From: an uncultured Erysipelothrix sp.
GTDB taxonomy: Bacteria > Bacillota_I > Bacilli_A > Erysipelotrichales > Erysipelotrichaceae
Assembly (NCBI GenBank): GCA_964440875.1
Contig: CAYTTS010000002.1
Coordinates: forward strand, 1 to 56,872
Length of the DNA: 56,872 bases
Direction of reading: 5' to 3'
Position 1 is the first letter of the stretch. Each line of letters starts with the position of its first letter. The position numbers were made by a program, and so were the translations under genes. The notes beneath the pieces are model-generated. The model saw only the letters and a program-made list of their open reading frames with translations, did not search any database and had not been told where the DNA came from. This document shows positions 33,472 through 42,525 of the stretch, one piece after another.

Positions 33472-34596
33472 TTAATAATCAATTTTTATTTTCTCACTCA
33501 TAACATCATCAACAACACTCTTGAAGAATTCGTATGATAAATCAGAATTACTAAGATAATGTGAGCTTGCTAAATCACTTGTGAAATTTTTTAGTGGGTA
33601 TAATTTAAATCCAGTTAAACTTTTATTATAATAAGTTATGATTGGCATAAATCCTGGATTAATAACTTTAGTTTCATTAGTATTAGGATCAAACTCAATA
33701 TCAAAGCTAGCTAGTCCGCCAAGTAGGCGATAGTTTTGATCTTGACCTGATAAGAAATTTCCAAGAGAATAAATCACTAGTGTCTGATTTCCATCTTTAC
33801 CTTCTACATATTCAATTGGTTGAATAACATGGGGGTGGTGGCCAATAACGACATCGACATTTAAATCAGCTAGAAACTGTGCTAAGTCACTTTGCTCCTC
33901 ATTATACATAAGTTGATACTCAACGCCCCAGTGCATACTAACTAAGATAGAATCGACTTTCTTCTCTAACTCTTTAACATCTTTTTCAATCTTATCCTTA
34001 TCAATGAGATTAACTAAGTAATCCTTACCTTCAGGTATGGGTATTCCATTTGTCCCATATGTATAGGCAAGAAGACCAAACTTAACTCCATCTCTTTCAA
34101 TAATTTTAGCCTTATTTGCTTCTTCATTAGATCTAGCTATTCCAGTAACCTTAACTTCAGGATACTTATCCCAAAACGCTAATGAGTTTACTACACCTGC
34201 CTCACGCATATCTAAGCTGTGGTTAGTTGCGTGATTCACCCAATCAAAACCTGCATCAACTACGGCGTCTCCAATCTCTTGTGGTGAATTAAACATTGGA
34301 TATGATTGAAGTCCTAATTCAAGTCCACCAAGGACAGTCTCTTGATTAATGAATGATACATCAGCCTCTTTTACATAGGGTTTAACTAGTTCATAAACAC
34401 CTCGATAATCATTATTAGCAATAGGATCCGCATAGATTGCACCATGAATTAAATTATCTCCAACTGCATTAAAAGATACAGTTTTTTTATCTAATACTAC
34501 TACTTCATCTTCTTCGATGATCTCTTCTTTATCATTAAGCTTTGTACAAGAAATCAGAAGCATTAAAAAAAGAGTAAAAATTATTGTTTTTTTCAT
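33472..34596 (-). CDS. CapA/PGA-biosynthesis family metallophosphoesterase lipoprotein
   Basis: Signal peptide with lipobox LLISC. Metallophosphatase motifs GDNLIHG, NHSLD, HWGVEY and GHHPHV. Confidence 0.85.
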   Translation of the reverse strand: MKKTIIFTLFLMLLISCTKLNDKEEIIEEDEVVVLDKKTVSFNAVGDNLIHGAIYADPIANNDYRGVYELVKPYVKEADVSFINQETVLGGLELGLQSYPMFNSPQEIGDAVVDAGFDWVNHATNHSLDMREAGVVNSLAFWDKYPEVKVTGIARSNEEANKAKIIERDGVKFGLLAYTYGTNGIPIPEGKDYLVNLIDKDKIEKDVKELEKKVDSILVSMHWGVEYQLMYNEEQSDLAQFLADLNVDVVIGHHPHVIQPIEYVEGKDGNQTLVIYSLGNFLSGQDQNYRLLGGLASFDIEFDPNTNETKVINPGFMPIITYYNKSLTGFKLYPLKNFTSDLASSHYLSNSDLSYEFFKSVVDDVMSEKIKIDY

Positions 34597-34712
34597 ATTG
34601 CACCTCTAAATAATTTTATCATATAAATACTAAGTTTAATACATATTAATTTTGTCTATATTCTTGTAAGTTTACCTATAATTGTTATAATAAGTAGGAT
34701 TGGAGATGGATC

Positions 34713-35807
34713 ATGGAAAAGTATCTATTATTTGGAATCTTAATTATATTTTTATTACTTATTATTCTCATTGCGTATCGCTTCACCCTTAAACAGGAAA
34801 TGCGCTTTAATGAGTTAATTAACCATAATAATTTAAAATTTAATGAGTATACAAATAGTTTAATAAATGATGTTAATAAACAGTTTTTGAGTTTTCAAAA
34901 TGATATGACTAATAACTTATATACATTAGATAAAAATACCAATAAGAGTCTTTTTGATGTTTCGGAACAGATGAACTCGGGAATGCGCTTGAACTTTGAG
35001 AAGACGAATAAATCATTTGTGGAAATAAGTAAGCAATTGGTAAGTATTAATGAGACTCAAAAGAATCTTGATGACCTATCAAAAGATATAATTGACCTTC
35101 AAAATATCTTGACTGATAAGAAGACCCGTGGTTTATTTGGAGAAGTTGAGCTATATTCAATCTTAAAAAATGCTTATGGTCTTGATGAGCGATTCTATAA
35201 AAAACAATATACACTCTCTAATGGAAGTATTGCTGATGCGGTATTGATGGCTGAGTCACCATTAAATAAGATAGTCATTGATTCTAAGTTTCCACTTGAA
35301 AATTACTTGAGGATGCATGATGAAAACTTAGCAAAAAATGAGAGAGTTTCAGCAACAAACCAATTTAGAAGAGATATAAAGAAACATATTGATGATATAA
35401 AAAATAAATATTTAATAAAGAATGAGACCGCTGAAATGGCTTATTTATTTATTCCAGCTGAGGCGATCTTTGCCGAGATTAATGGAAGTTTTCCTGATTT
35501 ACTGGAGTACTCATATCAAGCTAAAGTTTACCTCGTATCACCAACAACTTTAATGGCGTTTATAACAGCGATTAAAGCCATTTATTTAGGCGTTAAACAA
35601 AATGCTAACCTAGATTTAATTCAAGAAGAATATAATCGTTTAGGTGATGAATTTACTAGATTTGTTAAACGCTATGATGATTTAAATAATAGTTTTAAAA
35701 AGATGTCTAGAGATTTTAGAGATCTTGAGATAACTAATAATAAAATAGTAAAAAGATTTGAAGAGATCAAAGCAGTTAATTTAGATAAGGAAGATAAGAA
35801 TGAGTAA
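34713..35807 (+). CDS. rmuC: DNA recombination protein RmuC
   Basis: N-terminal TM helix, coiled coil, and the conserved GLFGEVELYSIL...DSKFPLE...FIPAEAIF core. Confidence 0.9.
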   Translation: MEKYLLFGILIIFLLLIILIAYRFTLKQEMRFNELINHNNLKFNEYTNSLINDVNKQFLSFQNDMTNNLYTLDKNTNKSLFDVSEQMNSGMRLNFEKTNKSFVEISKQLVSINETQKNLDDLSKDIIDLQNILTDKKTRGLFGEVELYSILKNAYGLDERFYKKQYTLSNGSIADAVLMAESPLNKIVIDSKFPLENYLRMHDENLAKNERVSATNQFRRDIKKHIDDIKNKYLIKNETAEMAYLFIPAEAIFAEINGSFPDLLEYSYQAKVYLVSPTTLMAFITAIKAIYLGVKQNANLDLIQEEYNRLGDEFTRFVKRYDDLNNSFKKMSRDFRDLEITNNKIVKRFEEIKAVNLDKEDKNE

Positions 35808-36675
35808 GTCGAATAGAATTCAATGGCGAGTTTCGGATATTAAACATGTATTACTGGTAGTTTTAGGTGCCTTTTTAACATCAATTGGTTTAAATATCTT
35901 TGTAGCAAGTAAGGGGCTGTTACCTAGTGGTTTTACTGGTCTTGCTACCTTATTTGTTAGAATTTGTGCAGAATTCTTTAATGTTGAGATATCTTTCTCA
36001 TTAATTTATTTAATACTTAACTTAATACCAGCGGCATTTGTTTACAGACATATTGGACGTAAGTTTACAATATTCTCTTTATTACATATTGTTTTAGTAA
36101 GTGCATTTACATTAATAGTACCTGAGATAACAATAACAGATGATACTTTATTGGTCTGTCTATTTGGTGGTATCTTTCAAGGGACAGGAACACTTCTTTC
36201 GCTTAAAGCTGAAGCTTCATCGGGTGGAACAGACTTTATCGCGATGTTTGTAAGTCAAAGATATAATCGTCCTGTTTGGAATTATGTCTTAATCTTTAAT
36301 GTCATAATGTTAATAATCTCAGGAACACTATTTGGTTTAGAGCCTGCTCTATATTCAATTATTTATCAATTTGTAAACACACAACTTGTTAATACCTTCC
36401 ATGATCGTTATCATTTAAGACAATTAACAATCATCACCCAACACTCAGATTTAGTTAGTGAGACAATATTTGCGATGACAAGACGTGGTATAACAGAACT
36501 TGATGGTATTGGAAAATATAGTTCATCAGATCAAAAAGTTCTTTATTTAGTCGTATCAGCTACCGAAGCTAATAATATTACTAGATGTGTCAAGAAGGTT
36601 GATCCAAATGCCTTTATCGCTGATGTTGAGGTAAGTAGGGTAGTTGGAAACTTCTATCAAAAACCATTTGAATAA
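35800..36675 (+). CDS. YitT family membrane protein (DUF161/DUF2179)
   Basis: Polytopic N-terminus containing SSGGTDFIA, plus the C-terminal DUF2179 fold (VVSATEANNITRCVKKVDPNAFIADVEV). Confidence 0.88.
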   Translation: MSKSNRIQWRVSDIKHVLLVVLGAFLTSIGLNIFVASKGLLPSGFTGLATLFVRICAEFFNVEISFSLIYLILNLIPAAFVYRHIGRKFTIFSLLHIVLVSAFTLIVPEITITDDTLLVCLFGGIFQGTGTLLSLKAEASSGGTDFIAMFVSQRYNRPVWNYVLIFNVIMLIISGTLFGLEPALYSIIYQFVNTQLVNTFHDRYHLRQLTIITQHSDLVSETIFAMTRRGITELDGIGKYSSSDQKVLYLVVSATEANNITRCVKKVDPNAFIADVEVSRVVGNFYQKPFE

Positions 36676-36694
36676 AAAAAAGAGCTTTCGCTCT
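36672..36694 (-). terminator. Terminator of trpS (minus strand)
   Basis: AGAGC-GAAA-GCTCT hairpin followed by T8 on the minus strand. Overlaps the trpS stop. Confidence 0.7.
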
Positions 36695-37676
36695 AAATTT
36701 GTAAGCCTAAAGTTTTAAGTACAAGACTCATCTTAGCTTGTGCATATACTTGGGCTTTTTCTTTACCTTGTTTTAATGTTTCTTCAATAAGATTACTATT
36801 AACAATATCATTATATTTACTCTGAATATCAGTTAGTAAGATTTCAACTTCCTCAGCTACTGCTTTTTTGAAGTCTCCATAACGGTAGTCTTTAAATAAT
36901 GCTTCGGCATCTTTGATACTTATATTTTTAAGTGATGCATAAATTGTTAATAAGTTACTAATACCAGCTTGATTTTCTGGATCATATTGGACAATATTTA
37001 CACTGTCAGTTTGTGCCGACATAATTTTCTTTTTAGCTTTTTTAATATCATCTAATAAATAGATACAACCTTTATCTGAATCATCAGACTTACTCATTTT
37101 TCTACTTGGATCTTGTAAGTCCATAATACGAGCACCAACTTCTTGAATTAATGGTTCTGGAACTGTAAATAAATCTCCATAGCGGTTATTCATTCTTTGG
37201 GCAAGATCACGTGTAAGTTCAACATGTTGTTTTTGATCATCTCCAACCGGAACAAAATCGGCGTCATACATTAATATATCAGCTGCCATTAATGCTGGAT
37301 ATGTGTAAAAACCAGCACTTAATCCAGTCTCTCCTTTTGCTTTTCTATCCTTATATTGAGTCATACGATCAAGTTCTCCCTCATAAGTATGAGAAGCTAG
37401 AATAAAGCCTAAGTTTGCATGTTCTAAAATATCTGATTGTAAAAATATATTCGCTTTATCCTTATCAAGACCACAAGCTAAGTATAGTGCTACTGCGTCA
37501 AATAAATATTTATTAATTAATTTTGGATCTTGAGGAACTGTTACAGTATGTAGGTTTGCGATAAAAACAAACATCTCATAATCATCTTGATACTTTACAA
37601 AATTACGTAATGCACCAATATAGTTACCAAGATGTAGTTCTCCAGTGGGTTTAATACCACTTAACATTTTCTTCAT
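36693..37676 (-). CDS. trpS: Tryptophan--tRNA ligase
   Basis: HIGH-type GELHLGNY and KMSKS motifs, 327 aa, SD AGGAGG. Confidence 0.97.
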   Translation of the reverse strand: MKKMLSGIKPTGELHLGNYIGALRNFVKYQDDYEMFVFIANLHTVTVPQDPKLINKYLFDAVALYLACGLDKDKANIFLQSDILEHANLGFILASHTYEGELDRMTQYKDRKAKGETGLSAGFYTYPALMAADILMYDADFVPVGDDQKQHVELTRDLAQRMNNRYGDLFTVPEPLIQEVGARIMDLQDPSRKMSKSDDSDKGCIYLLDDIKKAKKKIMSAQTDSVNIVQYDPENQAGISNLLTIYASLKNISIKDAEALFKDYRYGDFKKAVAEEVEILLTDIQSKYNDIVNSNLIEETLKQGKEKAQVYAQAKMSLVLKTLGLQI

Positions 37677-37808
37677 TTATTTTCCTCCTAATAGTGAAAT
37701 TTTAAATACGCTCAACTTTAATTATAGTAAAATAAAAAACTTAAGTCTAGTAATAAGTTAAAACCTTTGTTATAATTATTATACAAATCAGTTATTGGAG
37801 GTGGTTTA

Positions 37809-38267
37809 ATGATAGTATTATATACTTCACCAGGATGTGCGTCATGCCGAAAAGTGAAAAAGTTTTTACATGACAACGACCTTGAATTTATAGAGAAAAA
37901 TATCATAACCCTACCGCTAAATGAAATTGAATTAAAACATTTGATTCAAAGAAGTGAGAATGGTACTGGAGATATTATTAGTACTCGCTCTAAAATTATT
38001 AGAGAGTCTAATATCGATATAGAAGCTATGACTATGAATGAATTAATAAGATTTATTCAAGTTAACCCGACGGTATTACGAAGACCGATCATTGTAAGTA
38101 ACAAAAACTTCCAAGTAGGGTATGATGAAGAAGAGATTGAGATGTTCTTACCAAGAACAGTTCAAAAAATTGCCGAATCTGCATGTAATGAGGATTGTGA
38201 ATATTTCCCATACTGTGGACATTGGCGAAAAGAGGATGATTTAGATGACGCAAGCGTCAAGCAATAA
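37809..38267 (+). CDS. spx: Spx/ArsC-family redox-sensing regulator with a Cys/His-containing C-terminal extension
   Basis: N-terminal CASC redox motif and RRPII, 152 aa. The extension is ACNEDCEYFPYCGHWRKEDDLDD. Confidence 0.88.
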   Translation: MIVLYTSPGCASCRKVKKFLHDNDLEFIEKNIITLPLNEIELKHLIQRSENGTGDIISTRSKIIRESNIDIEAMTMNELIRFIQVNPTVLRRPIIVSNKNFQVGYDEEEIEMFLPRTVQKIAESACNEDCEYFPYCGHWRKEDDLDDASVKQ

Positions 38268-39408
38268 AAAAGTATTATTAGGTTTATCAGGAGGCGTCGA
38301 TTCAGGCGTCGCTGCATATTTACTAAAACAACAAGGATACGATGTAACTTGTTGTTTTATGCGTAATTGGGATTCATTAGCAAACCAAGACATTTTAGGT
38401 AATCCAACTATTATGGACTCAGTATGTCCACAAGAGGTTGATTATCAAGATGCTTTAAAGGTTGCTGAAACATTAGAGTTACCAATGCTAAGAGTTGACT
38501 TTGTTAAAGAGTACTGGGATTATGTTTTCGTTTCATTTATTGAAGACTATAAAAAAGGTAGAACACCAAACCCAGATATCTTATGTAATAAATATATTAA
38601 ATTTAAAGCTTTCTATGATTATGCAAAAGAGCTTGGTTTTGACTATGTAGCAACAGGACATTATGCTAAAGTTGTAAAATTAGATGATGAATATTTAATG
38701 GCGAAAGCAAAAGATTCAAATAAAGATCAAACATATTTCCTATCACAAGTTAATAAAGATGTACTAGATGAAGTTTTATTCCCACTAGGAGAATATGATA
38801 AAGAAGAAATTAGAGATATAGCTTTAAAGATTGATCTTTCAATTGCTAAAAAGAAAGATTCTACAGGAATCTGCTTTATTGGTGAAAGAGATTTTAAAGA
38901 ATTCTTAAAAAATTATATACCAGCAAAACAAGGTAATATTATTGATGTTAATACTGGTGATATTTTAGGAAAACACGAAGGTGTTCTCTATTATACAATA
39001 GGACAGAGAAAAGGTTTAGGCATTGGTGGAAATCTTGGACCATGGTTTACTGTTGGTAAAGATGTCTTTAAAAATGAATTATATGTGTCTAATGGTGATG
39101 ACTCAAATTGGTTATATAGCGATTCATGTTTAGTTAGTGATCTTAACTGGTTTAGCGAAGTTGAAGATGGAAGACAAGTAATGGCTAAATTTAGATATCG
39201 TCAAAAAGATAATATTGTAAAAGTATATAAACAAGGAGATGATGTTTTAGTGAAATTCGACTCATTAATCTCGTCAATAACACCTGGTCAAGAGGCTGTC
39301 TTCTATGATGAAGATGGAGTAGTCCTTGGTGGTGGAGTTATTGAAGAAGCTTATAGAAATGAAGTTGCGATCAGCGATCGTATACTTGAGGCATTAAATG
39401 GAAAATAA
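38245..39408 (+). CDS. mnmA: tRNA 2-thiouridine(34) synthase MnmA
   Basis: PP-loop SGGVDS, TPNPDILCN, DQTYFL and CFIGE motifs. Confidence 0.96.
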   Translation: MTQASSNKKVLLGLSGGVDSGVAAYLLKQQGYDVTCCFMRNWDSLANQDILGNPTIMDSVCPQEVDYQDALKVAETLELPMLRVDFVKEYWDYVFVSFIEDYKKGRTPNPDILCNKYIKFKAFYDYAKELGFDYVATGHYAKVVKLDDEYLMAKAKDSNKDQTYFLSQVNKDVLDEVLFPLGEYDKEEIRDIALKIDLSIAKKKDSTGICFIGERDFKEFLKNYIPAKQGNIIDVNTGDILGKHEGVLYYTIGQRKGLGIGGNLGPWFTVGKDVFKNELYVSNGDDSNWLYSDSCLVSDLNWFSEVEDGRQVMAKFRYRQKDNIVKVYKQGDDVLVKFDSLISSITPGQEAVFYDEDGVVLGGGVIEEAYRNEVAISDRILEALNGK

Positions 39409-41566
39409 AGAAAAGATCACTGGCTATTTTGAGCGAGTGATTTTTCAAAATAAAGAGAACTACTACACAGTTGCAGTCTTTTATACTGATACATTATCTT
39501 TAGATGATGTTGTGGTAGTCGGAAATATACCAGATATAGACTATGATAGTGAATATAGCTTATTTGGTAATTTTGTTGAGCATCCAAACTACGGTATCCA
39601 ATTTAGTTTTTTAACTTATGAAAAAATAGCACCAAGTGATAAAGATTCATTAATAAACTTTTTAAGTAGTCCACTTTTCCCTCATATAGGACTTAAGACA
39701 GCTAGCTATATTTACGATAGTTTAGGTGATGACTTAATTAATATTATTAAAGGTGATCCTAAAATAGTGAAAACACTGAAGATAAGTGTAAAACAAAAAG
39801 ATTCACTACTTTCGGGTATAAGTAATAATAGTAATGATTTTGAACACCTAGTAAACTACTTTAGTTCCTTTGGCTTAAGTATAAATCAAATAATAAAACT
39901 TGAAAAAGAATATAAAGAAAATACAATTGAAATGGTAAGTGAAAATCCTTATCGGATGTTAGAAGAAATATCGGGTATCGGTTTTAAAACTTGTGATAAG
40001 CTCGCAAAAAATATGGGCTTTGACTTAGATAGTGTCCAAAGGGCAGAAGCCTTACTAATTGACTTAGTTTTAAATCATATCGCAAGTACAGGTGATTCCT
40101 ACATTGAAATTGAGGATTTAAGTAATCGTTATACAAAAGCTTACCCTAAGTTCAATTTTATTGATGTCTTAATGAATGTTTTAAGTAGAAGAACTTTAAT
40201 AAATGATAATAATAATGTTTATCATTACACTCAATATGATAGTGAGCAGACAATTTCAGCTATTTTAAATAATTTTCCAAATTATGAATTAGATAAAGTG
40301 AATGAAGAAGTAATCTTAGAAATATTAAGTGAGATTGAATCAGATATTAATATTGCCTATGATGAAAGTCAGAAATCGGCAATTATTCGCTTTTTAAACT
40401 CAAATCTCTCAATATTAACTGGTGGACCAGGGACAGGTAAGACGACAATAATAAATGCGATGGTTAAAGTGTATAAAAAACTTTATCCAAATATTAGTAT
40501 TGCCTTATGTGCTCCAACTGGACGAGCGGCCAAAAGATTAAGTGAGTTAACAGGTAGTGATGCCTTTACAATTCACAGTCTTTTGAAATGGGATTTAGAA
40601 AGTAATACTTTTGCCTTTAATAAAGATGAACCTCTAGTTTACGATATTTTGGTTATTGATGAGTTTTCAATGGTTGATCAATGGCTATTTTCTAAATTAC
40701 TTGAGGCAAGTGCAAATATTAAGAAAATCCTATTAGTTGGTGATGAGAACCAATTACCATCAGTACTACCAGGAGCTCTACTAGCTGATTTAATAAAATC
40801 TGATTTATTCCCAGTTGAAAAATTAAGTAAGATTTATCGTCAAAAAGATGGATCTAGTGTTATCTTCTTAGCTGATAAGATTAACCGTGAACAGTATGCT
40901 GATATTACATTTGAGGATGAAGTTAGATTTATTGAAGCAAATAGTAATCAGGTAGATGACGCAATACTTCAAATAATTAAAAACTATTTAGATAATGGCT
41001 ATTCCATTGATGATATTCAAGTACTAGCCCCTATGTATCGAAATAGTAGTGGTATAAATATCTTGAATAATAAGATTCAAGATTTAGTAAATCCTAAAAG
41101 TAGTGATAAGGTTGAGTTTAAGTATGGCTATCATACCTTTAGAGAAGGTGATAAGGTCCTACAGTTAAAAAACTTAATTGATATGGATGTCTCAAATGGT
41201 GATATCGGAACTATTGTTGAGATCGATGATACAAATAAATCTAATATAACTATTATGGTTAACTTTGATGGTAACTATGTTGAGTACTCAAATGAAATGT
41301 TTACATACTTAACATTTGCTTATTGTATATCTATTCATAAATCACAAGGTAGTGAGTATCCAATTGTAATTATGCCAATAGTTAAGTCTAGTACCTTTAT
41401 GTTAAGGAAAAGATTATTATATACGGCAATAACAAGATCAAAGAAAAATTTATTACTTGTAGGTGATAAAGACTTATTTTTAGATAGAATTGTTCGTGAT
41501 GAAGATCATTTAAGAAAAACGAGTTTAGTTAAACATTTAAAGAATTTTAATTTAGTATTACACTAA
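39398..41566 (+). CDS. recD2: ATP-dependent RecD2 (YrrC)-like SF1B DNA helicase
   Basis: Walker A GGPGTGKTT, Walker B VIDEFSMV, LVGDENQLPSV, an SH3-like insert and C-terminal SIHKSQGSEYP. Synteny with mnmA as in Bacillus. Confidence 0.92.
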   Translation: MENKEKITGYFERVIFQNKENYYTVAVFYTDTLSLDDVVVVGNIPDIDYDSEYSLFGNFVEHPNYGIQFSFLTYEKIAPSDKDSLINFLSSPLFPHIGLKTASYIYDSLGDDLINIIKGDPKIVKTLKISVKQKDSLLSGISNNSNDFEHLVNYFSSFGLSINQIIKLEKEYKENTIEMVSENPYRMLEEISGIGFKTCDKLAKNMGFDLDSVQRAEALLIDLVLNHIASTGDSYIEIEDLSNRYTKAYPKFNFIDVLMNVLSRRTLINDNNNVYHYTQYDSEQTISAILNNFPNYELDKVNEEVILEILSEIESDINIAYDESQKSAIIRFLNSNLSILTGGPGTGKTTIINAMVKVYKKLYPNISIALCAPTGRAAKRLSELTGSDAFTIHSLLKWDLESNTFAFNKDEPLVYDILVIDEFSMVDQWLFSKLLEASANIKKILLVGDENQLPSVLPGALLADLIKSDLFPVEKLSKIYRQKDGSSVIFLADKINREQYADITFEDEVRFIEANSNQVDDAILQIIKNYLDNGYSIDDIQVLAPMYRNSSGINILNNKIQDLVNPKSSDKVEFKYGYHTFREGDKVLQLKNLIDMDVSNGDIGTIVEIDDTNKSNITIMVNFDGNYVEYSNEMFTYLTFAYCISIHKSQGSEYPIVIMPIVKSSTFMLRKRLLYTAITRSKKNLLLVGDKDLFLDRIVRDEDHLRKTSLVKHLKNFNLVLH

Positions 41567-41594
41567 AATATGTTATTATTAGATGGGTGATTTA

Positions 41595-42284
41595 ATGAAG
41601 AAGAAATTACTACTATTTTTAATACTTACCTTACTTATGATTGGCTGTTCTAAGGTAATAGATGATAATCTTAAGGAAGATGAAATAGTAAATAAAGATG
41701 AGAATAAAGAAAAAGAAGAAAATAAAGATAAAGAGGAGAAAAAAGATATGTACAAAAATCCAATAGCGACAATTGTTTTTAAAGATTTAGGAGAAATGAC
41801 ATTTGAATTAAAAATTAACGATGCGCCACAATCAGTATTAAACTTTACTGAACTGGCAAATAAAGGATTCTATGATGGACTAACTATGCACCGTATAATT
41901 GATAGCTTCGTTGCTCAAGGTGGAGATCCTGATGGAACTGGTATGGGTGGACCTGGCTACTCTATAAAAGGGGAGTTTATTAACAACCGTGTAGATAATC
42001 AAACACAACATGATTTAGGGGCTATTGCATTTGCAAGATCAATGGCAAGAGATAGTGCTGGAAGTCAGTTCTATATTGTAACTGGTGAATATGATGCTGG
42101 TAATATGAAGCGTATGAACGAAGATTATGCTGCATTTGGTAACATTGTAAGTGGTGTTGAACTAATCTCAGTTATTAACAGTGATTATGCTACTCAAGGT
42201 GGAGAACCACAAAAACCATTAATTATCGAAAGTATTAAAGTTGATACACTAGGTCAAGACTTAGCTGGACCAGACAAACTATAA
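41595..42284 (+). CDS. Cyclophilin-type peptidyl-prolyl isomerase lipoprotein
   Basis: Lipobox LMIGC, a KE-rich linker, and cyclophilin motifs FHRIIDSFVAQGGDP and SQFYIV. Start set to ATG 41595. Confidence 0.9.
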   Translation: MKKKLLLFLILTLLMIGCSKVIDDNLKEDEIVNKDENKEKEENKDKEEKKDMYKNPIATIVFKDLGEMTFELKINDAPQSVLNFTELANKGFYDGLTMHRIIDSFVAQGGDPDGTGMGGPGYSIKGEFINNRVDNQTQHDLGAIAFARSMARDSAGSQFYIVTGEYDAGNMKRMNEDYAAFGNIVSGVELISVINSDYATQGGEPQKPLIIESIKVDTLGQDLAGPDKL

Positions 42285-42319
42285 TTAGTATATTTTAGAT
42301 AATATGCTATAATAAATTT

Positions 42320-42509
42320 ATAACATTGATGAAGACTAGTAAGTAATCTACTATTTAAAAGAGACATAAGGCTTGGTGAAACTTATGATTAGTAATTACT
42401 GAAGCTACTTCGGAGTGAAACTAAAGTTTCCGCGTATCTGCGTTAAAGAAAATTAAGCGTCCGCCAAGATGGTACCGTGATTTAATCACTTTTGGTAAGA
42501 CGTTTTTTT
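42320..42509 (+). promoter_or_regulatory. T-box riboswitch leader, Ala (GCU specifier at 42404-42406)
   Basis: TGcTATAAT promoter at 42305-42313. AGAGA box. GAA-GCU-A specifier. T-box AGATGGTACCGTG at about 42468-42480. Terminator 3' arm GACG plus a T7 run. Confidence 0.9.
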
Positions 42510-42525
42510 ATTGGAGGAAGAGAAA

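Noticed and set aside
37677-37808. Possible T-box leader for trpS, given that the three other aaRS genes in the window have one.
   Set aside because: Only 132 nt separate trpS from divergent spx. The region contains the promoters and the SD but no AGAGA box, no GGTGGTACCGCG-type T-box motif and no terminator.
39398-41566. RecD-like helicase as a possible defence-system component.
   Set aside because: Full-length RecD2/YrrC architecture in the conserved mnmA-recD2...alaS housekeeping neighbourhood, exactly as in Bacillus. There are no adjacent nuclease, methylase or unknown partners.
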